A program made the position numbers and the translations under genes. Positions 57,180-64,000 of a stretch of 64,000 bases of DNA are shown piece after piece. The DNA is from a virus, in the IMG/VR virus record IMGVR_UViG_3300032315_000774, positions 64,001-128,000 of that record; one strand, given 5' to 3'. The notes under the pieces were generated by a model, which saw only the letters and a program-made list of their open reading frames with translations, did no database searches and was not told the origin of the DNA. Position 1 is the first letter of the stretch. Each line of letters begins with the position of its first letter.

Positions 57180-60100
57180 TCACCCCTTGCTCGGCGTCGG
57201 CAGGTCGCCCTGCGGGAACGTGAGCGTCTTCCGCTTCTTCGGCTTCGGGGCCTGACGCGTCGGCATCGGCAGGTCACCTTCTGGCTCGAAGTGCGGCTTC
57301 ATCGTCGACGGCTTCGGACGCTTGTAGCTGACGTCGAAGGCTGAAGCCTCCGGATCGCCACCTTCGAGCACCTTGCCTGGCTTCGGCCCCTTCGGAGGCT
57401 TCGGCACGCTCTTGTGATCGAAGACCTTCTGCGCGTAGCGGTCGCGCGGCTTCTCTTCACGATCGCGCTCGTCCTCGTACGACTCACGCGAGCGGTCTTC
57501 CTTCCGCTCACGATCGCGGACGAACTCGTTCCACTCGTCCTCGTCGTACTCCTCGGGATCGAGGTCGTCGATGATCGTGAACGTCATGTTCGTCGGAGCC
57601 GCGTCCTTCTTCTTGTCCTTGGGCTTGTCTTCGGGCTTCGGCTTCGGCTGCCATGGCCCATCACCGCCCCAGCCCGTCGGACGCTTCTGCGCGACCTGGG
57701 AGAGCAGTGCAGGACGTGACCACGCGCGCTGTGCGGCGGCCACGATCTCTCCGCCGACGATCTGACGCGCGGACGTCTGGTCCTCGCCCTTCGTCTGCAG
57801 GAAGTGCTTGAAGCTCGACCGGAACTCGGCGACCGCTTCGTCGATCGTCATGCCCTGGTTTCGATACGTGCGCATCGCCGACTCGATCTCGCTGCGCTCT
57901 TCCTCCGTCAGAGGCGCCATCTCCATCGAGCCGCCGCTCAGCTCGGGTGGTGCGTCGGCCGCTCCACCTTCGTCGATCATCATCTGCAGCTCTTCGGGCG
58001 CGATCTGCGCGCGGCGCATCTGCACGACCTTGCCGTGCTTCGAAGCGATGCGCAGCGCATCCGCCAGGCGAGATGCGTTGATCGCGATGTCGCGGGTCTT
58101 CGACCCTTGCGTCACGGTCGCCACGAAGCTGTTCGTCGACAGCGCGTCGATCACAGCGTCGACCGCGTCGCGTGCCTCGACCAGCTTGTGCTCGGCCTCT
58201 TGCGACTTCTTGACGCGATCGACACCTTTACCCGGCTCAGCGATCGGCGCGAACGACGGGATGACCGCGCTGACTGCGTCTGCGAGCGGCGTCATCTTGT
58301 CGCCTGCCATCACGAGCGAGTCGACGAGATCCTGCATGCTGTTCGTGACGATCATCAGCGCGTTGTTCGCCTCGTCGAGGTTGTCGGCGAACAGCGGAAA
58401 GACGTCCAGCGCGGTCTGGATCGCTGTCTTCGCCGTCTCCGCCTGGAGCATCGCGTCCTGGTTGTCCATCGACTGCGCGCGCTTTGCTGTCTTCGACTCC
58501 AGCTGATGGAGGCGTTCCTTGAGCTTCTCTTGCGTGTTCTCCAGCTCCTCGACGAGCTTCTTGTTGCCGCTCTCGTACGCCTGATCGAGCTGGCGGTCGA
58601 CGCGGACTTCTTCCGCGAACAAGAAGTCGTAGAGCACCTTCTCCGGCACGGAGAGATGCGCGGGCGACTCCTTCCAGTACCCTTTCTCGATGGCGTCTCG
58701 GATGTCTTCGTCCGACATCGTGTTCTCGAAGTAGCTCACGCCGGTGTTGAACAGAGGCTCTGACTTCACCAGCTTGATGATCTCGTCGTGGACGATCTCG
58801 GCCTGTGCGCTCTTCGACTCGCGGGCCTGTGGAGCAGGCTGCGTCATCGGGGCGAGCTGCGGCGAAGGCTGCGGAGGCTGCTGCGCGGGCGGCTGCGGCG
58901 TCTGAGGCTCGGGCGCGCGTGGAGGCGGCTGATACGTCGGCTGTGGTGCCGTCGAGATGATCTGCGCCTCCACACCGAACCGCGACGCCAGCACGCGCTG
59001 CACGGCGTTGGCTTCGTCCTTCGACGCTGCTGCTTCCAGCCGCAGGTTCTTTCCTGCGACCGTGTACACGGCGTTCGGGAGCACTTCGCGTGCGGCGAGG
59101 TACATGCGACGCGCGTTGAGCACGTCACCGTTCGGCAGCGCGGCTTCCAGCACGATCCGCTTCTTCGCCGGGACTTCGTACGCAGCCGAGCGGAAGAAGC
59201 CGATGAGCGAGTCGAGCTTGTCCAAGCTCGCGCGCTTCACTTCCTTCTCGCCTCGACGCACGACCGCCTCGACACCTTCCGTGCCGATCGACCAGTCACG
59301 AGCAGTGACCGTGTTCGCGGCCAGCACCTTCGTCTCGATCGCCTCGGCCGACAGCACCTCGATGGGTGCGCTCGCGCGACGACGCACGAACAGCGCCTCG
59401 GCTGGGCTCAGCGCCACGACCGCTTCGTTCGCGAACGCGACGACCGAGCCCATGACCCGCGCCTGCGACGTGTCGAGCTGGTGCTGACGCATGTCGCTTG
59501 CGAGGCGTGACAACGCCACCGGCATGCTCGACGCTTCGATCGTCTGGATCGGCATGTCGGCCAGCTCGTCGCCCTCGACGGCGTACACGTCGTACGGCTC
59601 GTCCATGAGCGGCGGCTCGTCCCCGACCACGACGACCGCATCGTCTGTCGGCGTCAGCGTAACTTCGAGGTTCTCGCCGGGCGCGCTCGGGTCCTCGACC
59701 ACTGCGCTTGGTGCGACGAACTCGTCGAGCATCCCCATCTCGACGACCTCGTCCTGATCGGCGAGCGCGACTTCGACCACGAGCGGGTCACCTGTGTTCG
59801 GCGACGCCACCGGCACGACCTCCTCGGTCAGCTCCTCGTGCGGCACCGCTTCTTCCTTCGCCTCGTGCTCTGCAGGTGTGTCGAGCCCTTCGACGGGAAC
59901 GTCCTCTGGCACCATCTCCAGCTCCTGTGCTCGACGGAGGAACACGTCCTCGCTCGCGGCCATCACCGACCATGCCGCCTCGAATGGATCACTGTGCGTG
60001 CGCTGTGCGTGCACGAGACGCAGCTGACCTCGGAGATACGACCGCGCGCGCTCGCTCTGGAAGTCCGAGCCACCAAGCCCTGCTTCACGGCAGTTCTCGA

Positions 60101-60659
60101 CGAACGCTTCCTCGATCTCTTCCGACGTCTTGCCTTCGCACTGAGCGTCGATCTTCGCTGCGATGGCGTTCAGCTTGGTGATGGGCAGCGTGCTGAAGCC
60201 GCTGGTCTTCAGCGACGCGTCGATCGCTTCCGCAGTCTTCGACTTCGGGTACTGACGCGTGTAGAACGTGTTGAAGCGCGCGACGTCACCGATCGACAGC
60301 ACTCCGTCCATCGACGCCTGGTACAGCTTGAGCCCGTGCGCTGCGGCGCGACGAAGACCGGCGTCCTTGCCGTTCTTTTCGGACGCAGCCTTGAGCCCGC
60401 GCCAGAAGTCGCCACGCGTGATCGCGGGACGCGCGTCGTCGAACATCGACGCATGAGCCGCGAGTGCGCGCTCTTGCTGTGCCAGCTTCACGCTCGGGAG
60501 AAGAGCTGTCGCGAGCGTCCGCTGCTCCTGACGAACCGCGCGAGTCGACTCACGCGCTTCGGCGTCCGCATGCAGGCGTTCGGCGATCCGCGACAGAGGC
60601 CCGTCACCGAGTTCGACGACAGGCACACCCGCGATGGTGGCGACCTTCGATGTCTTCAT
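57180..60659 (-). CDS. Large modular protein (1159 aa), probable internal head protein
   Basis: Start MKTSKVA overlaps the upstream TGA; alternating acidic, Pro-rich and helical blocks. Confidence 0.72.
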   Translation of the reverse strand: MKTSKVATIAGVPVVELGDGPLSRIAERLHADAEARESTRAVRQEQRTLATALLPSVKLAQQERALAAHASMFDDARPAITRGDFWRGLKAASEKNGKDAGLRRAAAHGLKLYQASMDGVLSIGDVARFNTFYTRQYPKSKTAEAIDASLKTSGFSTLPITKLNAIAAKIDAQCEGKTSEEIEEAFVENCREAGLGGSDFQSERARSYLRGQLRLVHAQRTHSDPFEAAWSVMAASEDVFLRRAQELEMVPEDVPVEGLDTPAEHEAKEEAVPHEELTEEVVPVASPNTGDPLVVEVALADQDEVVEMGMLDEFVAPSAVVEDPSAPGENLEVTLTPTDDAVVVVGDEPPLMDEPYDVYAVEGDELADMPIQTIEASSMPVALSRLASDMRQHQLDTSQARVMGSVVAFANEAVVALSPAEALFVRRRASAPIEVLSAEAIETKVLAANTVTARDWSIGTEGVEAVVRRGEKEVKRASLDKLDSLIGFFRSAAYEVPAKKRIVLEAALPNGDVLNARRMYLAAREVLPNAVYTVAGKNLRLEAAASKDEANAVQRVLASRFGVEAQIISTAPQPTYQPPPRAPEPQTPQPPAQQPPQPSPQLAPMTQPAPQARESKSAQAEIVHDEIIKLVKSEPLFNTGVSYFENTMSDEDIRDAIEKGYWKESPAHLSVPEKVLYDFLFAEEVRVDRQLDQAYESGNKKLVEELENTQEKLKERLHQLESKTAKRAQSMDNQDAMLQAETAKTAIQTALDVFPLFADNLDEANNALMIVTNSMQDLVDSLVMAGDKMTPLADAVSAVIPSFAPIAEPGKGVDRVKKSQEAEHKLVEARDAVDAVIDALSTNSFVATVTQGSKTRDIAINASRLADALRIASKHGKVVQMRRAQIAPEELQMMIDEGGAADAPPELSGGSMEMAPLTEEERSEIESAMRTYRNQGMTIDEAVAEFRSSFKHFLQTKGEDQTSARQIVGGEIVAAAQRAWSRPALLSQVAQKRPTGWGGDGPWQPKPKPEDKPKDKKKDAAPTNMTFTIIDDLDPEEYDEDEWNEFVRDRERKEDRSRESYEDERDREEKPRDRYAQKVFDHKSVPKPPKGPKPGKVLEGGDPEASAFDVSYKRPKPSTMKPHFEPEGDLPMPTRQAPKPKKRKTLTFPQGDLPTPSKG

Positions 60660-60961
60660 GCTGCACCCCGTGCGAACTGCACGAGCGTGCCTTCCGCATC
60701 GAACGTGGCGACGACAGGCACGACCTTCGTCGCGACACGCGCGACCGCCTCGACGATCACACCGCCCGCTTCGGTCTTCCGCACACCAAGAGGCTGCAGT
60801 GCGAAAGCGACACGTGGGGGCTTGCTTGCGTCTGCTTGACGCGTCTGAGGCTCGGAAGCGAGGACGGCCGCCTGGATCTTGCGGGGGATGTCTTTGACCC
60901 AGACCTTGCCGTAGTCCCCGAAATACTTCTGCCAGTAGTCGCGCGTGACGGAGTCGGTCAT
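60656..60961 (-). CDS. Small head-module protein with a YWxxYFxDYG motif
   Basis: First gene after the 14-bp motif; ATGA overlap downstream. Confidence 0.7.
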   Translation of the reverse strand: MTDSVTRDYWQKYFGDYGKVWVKDIPRKIQAAVLASEPQTRQADASKPPRVAFALQPLGVRKTEAGGVIVEAVARVATKVVPVVATFDAEGTLVQFARGAA

Positions 60962-60986
60962 GCACGAGCGTGCGTGACCGGCTGTC

Positions 60987-61000
60987 TGTCAGTGTCGTTA
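60987..61000 (-). promoter_or_regulatory. Candidate late-promoter element TAACGACACTGACA (copy before the head module)
   Basis: Exact match to 31953-31966; 25 nt before the ATG. Confidence 0.55.
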
Positions 61001-62737
61001 GACGTCCGTGATCAAAACGCCCGTCGCGCGAGGTCCGACCTGCACCTGATGCACGAACGGAGGCAGCTCGTGACCTCGGGTGGTCGACAGGAACACGTTC
61101 GTCAGCACGCCTGCCTCCAGCTGCTCCTGGAGCTGCACGCACAGCTTCTCGATATTGCTGGGGCTGTAGGGGGCCAGCTGCGCGTCGTCGAGGTACAGGA
61201 CGCGTACAGGCGTGTCTTCCGTCCACGCGAGGACGAGACCGAGCATCAGGCTCGTCTGCTCTGCGCCCGACCACGCACCTCGCCCTCGGCGCCCGCCTCG
61301 CGCGTCGATCGACCAGAGACCCGTGTCAGAGTCGCAGCGCGCGACGAAGCCTTCGGGGAGGTAGGGATTCACGGCAGCCTCTGCCGTCGTCACGACCGTG
61401 CGCAGCTCCGTTTGGAGCTGTCGCGTCACGAGGTCTTCGAGCACCTTCGCGACCGACTGACGCTCGGTCGTGATCGCCGCTTGCCGCTCCAGCTCGCTCA
61501 CCACGTTCAGACTCGCACGCTTGCTCGTCGCCGACTCGATCTGCGCCTGGAGCACGTCCGAACTCGGCCCTTCGTACACCACGAAGTTCCCGCGCACAGG
61601 ACGCGTAGCGCTCTCAGCATCCGCGATCTTCTTGCGAAGGTCGGTCAGTTCTGCGTCGACTTCTGCAAGCTGCGCGGCTGTGTTATGGCTCAGCACGACC
61701 GCAGCGAGCTTCGCTTCCGCCTCCGCGAGCTGCTTGCGTCGAATCTCTAGCAGCTCTCGGTACTCGACGGCTTTCCCGCTCAAGTCGACGCGAGATGCAC
61801 ACAGCGGACACTGCTTGCTGTTACCTTCACAGGTCTTGATCAGCCACTCGATGCGGTCGATCTTCGCTGTCAGTGCAGTAATCTCTGCACGCGATTCTTG
61901 TGTCTGGTCGTCGGCCCGCTTCTTCTGGTCTTCGAGCGCAGCGCGTCGCTCTTCGAGCGTCTGCACACGCTCACGCCAAGGACGTAGCTGCTTCTGCATT
62001 TGATCGAACCGTTCGAGTGCGGCCTTGTGCTCTGCACGCTGCGACGCCTCGCTCTCGTAGCGCTTTGCCTTCGCCAACATGTCGCGCCAGACTTCGATCT
62101 GCTCCGAACCTTCGGCTTCGACTTCGGCTTCGGTGCGCTTCGTCTTCGCAGTCTCCTGAAGACGACGAGCCTGACGCCCCAACGTCAACTTCTCCGTTCG
62201 GCACTTTTCGGAGAGAAGCGACAGCAGGTTCGCCGCGTCCGCGTCGCGGTTCTCCTCGCGCACGGCTTCCATCAGCTCAGTCCACATCTCGCGCTGGCGA
62301 TCCGTGAGCGACTTCGGCGGTGTCGTCACCATTCGCTTTCCGAATCGGCGGATGAGCGCTTCACGTGCTTTGATCGCTCCCGTCGTCAGCGTCTCTACCA
62401 GATCGAGAGGCCAGCTCTCCTTCTCCACCTGGCTGGCAGCGCCTGGCGTCGTCACGACACCTTCGGGGTCCGCGTCCGGCTTCACGCGGAACGTGCGTGT
62501 GCTGCCGTCGCCGAACACGATCTGCGCGTGCAGGCCCGCTGCGTCACTCGACAGGCGCATCAGGTCTTTGGCATGCGGGCCGACCGGATGCTTTCCCAGC
62601 AAACACAGACGCAGGATGTCGCCGTGCGCAGTCTTTCCCACGCGATTGTCGCCCACGAACGCCGTGAACGGAGAGACGTTGACGTTGATCTTCTGCTTGA
62701 CGTTGCCGCGAATCGCGGTGATGGCGAGAGGATTCAT
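60998..62737 (-). CDS. SbcC/Rad50-like ABC ATPase
   Basis: Walker A VGDNRVGKT, coiled coils with a CPLC zinc hook, WSGAEQ signature, VLYLDD Walker B. Confidence 0.87.
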   Translation of the reverse strand: MNPLAITAIRGNVKQKINVNVSPFTAFVGDNRVGKTAHGDILRLCLLGKHPVGPHAKDLMRLSSDAAGLHAQIVFGDGSTRTFRVKPDADPEGVVTTPGAASQVEKESWPLDLVETLTTGAIKAREALIRRFGKRMVTTPPKSLTDRQREMWTELMEAVREENRDADAANLLSLLSEKCRTEKLTLGRQARRLQETAKTKRTEAEVEAEGSEQIEVWRDMLAKAKRYESEASQRAEHKAALERFDQMQKQLRPWRERVQTLEERRAALEDQKKRADDQTQESRAEITALTAKIDRIEWLIKTCEGNSKQCPLCASRVDLSGKAVEYRELLEIRRKQLAEAEAKLAAVVLSHNTAAQLAEVDAELTDLRKKIADAESATRPVRGNFVVYEGPSSDVLQAQIESATSKRASLNVVSELERQAAITTERQSVAKVLEDLVTRQLQTELRTVVTTAEAAVNPYLPEGFVARCDSDTGLWSIDARGGRRGRGAWSGAEQTSLMLGLVLAWTEDTPVRVLYLDDAQLAPYSPSNIEKLCVQLQEQLEAGVLTNVFLSTTRGHELPPFVHQVQVGPRATGVLITDV

Positions 62738-64000
62738 TGTGCGCCCCACGTATAGCTCCACTCTGCCGTCCCAGTAAAGGTCATCCCACGGAACGTGTAC
62801 TCCATGCACTCCTGGATGATTCGCTTCGCTTCGGCTCGGCGCTCGATGGGTACGATCGCCGCGATGTAGTCGTGGACCTGCAGGCAGAGCCCCGTCCACG
62901 GGGACCACGACCCGAACGGGATCGCGTCATTGATGAGCTGCAGCGATCGGTTCGCGATGGCCGCCGCGCTCGCCTGGATCGTCATGTTCGGGACGGCGTT
63001 GATCTGCGACAGACCGCCTGGGAAGAAACGCGCACGCCGGTCGAGCATCGGCGACCGAATGTGACCGTACTCCTTGAACGTCGCGTGGCAGCGCTCGTGC
63101 CACGCCATCGTCCACGGGTGGAGACGGTCCCAGTTGTCCGACCACCGCAGCGTGTCGTCCTTCGACAGGTTCGGGAACGCCAGCTCGCCCGTCGCCTTGT
63201 TCCGGTTGGCGATCATGACATCGTACAGCTTCTCTTTCGAGCCGCCGTAGATCTTGAGGAAGCAAAAGACCTTGGCCACCGTGCGCCAATACTTCTTCAG
63301 CTCCTTCGGCATGTTCACGATGCGCTGGTAGACCTTCATGAGGTCCTCACCAGGGTTCGCGAGCAAGCTGGCGCAGTTCAGTGAGTGCAGGTCGAGCTTC
63401 TTCTCGATCGCTTCGAGCAGCAGGAGGTCACCTGCCACGATCGCGTAGATGCGCGCCTCGATCTGCTCGTAGTCCTCGCCGACGAAGCAGTGGCCCCACG
63501 GAGCCACGAACATCGAACGCATGTTGAGGCCGCCACGGCCGAGCGCAGGCACGTTCTGGAAGTTCCACGGGTCGCCTGACGCGAGGCGCCCTGTCGGCGT
63601 CACGTGCGCCTTGTACGTCGTCCTCGCGCGTGAGAACCCAGGACGACGCGGCAGGATCAACGTGCTGACGTCTTCATCGGTCTCCGGGTCGTAGCGCGTG
63701 CCGACGACTTCGGGCGCGTACCCGTAGCGGTCGCCTTCATCGAGCGGCGTCGTCTTCGCGTTGTCGACGTACGTGCCCCGCAGCTTGTCGTGCGCGCGAA
63801 GCTGAAGCAGCGTGTCGATCGCCTTGTAGTGGTCGGGCGCCGTCTTCTGGAGACGGTACTGCTTCATCAGCTTCGTCAGCTGTGGGCTGCCGACACCGCG
63901 CGCTTCTTCGAGGTCATCTTCGTCGGGCTCTTCTCCCTCTTCGAGACCATCGACGACAGGATCGTAGCCCCACTTGTCGAAAAACAGCTCCATCAGCTGT
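62734..64000 (-). CDS. polA: DNA polymerase family A, C-terminal part (5' end outside the window)
   Basis: TGRLAS..NFQNVP, motif A DYEQIEARI, motif B RTVAKVFCF..IYG, IQASAA, motif C QVHD. Confidence 0.93.
   Translation of the reverse strand, partial: QLMELFFDKWGYDPVVDGLEEGEEPDEDDLEEARGVGSPQLTKLMKQYRLQKTAPDHYKAIDTLLQLRAHDKLRGTYVDNAKTTPLDEGDRYGYAPEVVGTRYDPETDEDVSTLILPRRPGFSRARTTYKAHVTPTGRLASGDPWNFQNVPALGRGGLNMRSMFVAPWGHCFVGEDYEQIEARIYAIVAGDLLLLEAIEKKLDLHSLNCASLLANPGEDLMKVYQRIVNMPKELKKYWRTVAKVFCFLKIYGGSKEKLYDVMIANRNKATGELAFPNLSKDDTLRWSDNWDRLHPWTMAWHERCHATFKEYGHIRSPMLDRRARFFPGGLSQINAVPNMTIQASAAAIANRSLQLINDAIPFGSWSPWTGLCLQVHDYIAAIVPIERRAEAKRIIQECMEYTFRGMTFTGTAEWSYTWGAQ

Noticed and set aside
60660-61274. 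N-terminal extension of the 1364-aa ORF, and similar extensions of other ORFs
   Set aside because: Arg-rich out-of-frame translation overlapping real genes; coupled downstream starts fit better

Overview
This window is a 64-kb segment of a large, high-GC, contractile-tailed (myovirus-type) dsDNA phage, with essentially every real gene on the minus strand. In transcription order (right to left) it contains: the 3' part of a family A DNA polymerase; an SbcC/Rad50-like ATPase; a head module (large probable internal head proteins, a DUF192 fusion, terminase, a glycosylase-like/HAD fusion, portal, prohead protease-scaffold, major capsid protein); a holin/spanin-like membrane cassette; an intein-interrupted neck protein beside an AT-rich iteron-like region; tail sheath, two tubes, frameshifted chaperones, tape measure, baseplate and fibre genes; an M15 endolysin; a WYL/P-loop/sigma-like cluster; small accessory genes; a secreted esterase; and a dense CCA-less tRNA array. 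The most unusual signals are: (1) a 203-nt tRNA-framed RNA with a 133-nt pseudoknotted insert, plus a second structured RNA and several non-canonical tRNAs in the array; (2) a recurrent [KR]-x-A-[QSA] motif at domain boundaries of head-module proteins, suggesting protease-processed cargo polyproteins; (3) an exact 14-bp motif ahead of the head and tail operons; (4) a candidate origin inside the structural module. All family assignments come from motif recognition by eye and gene order; no searches were run.
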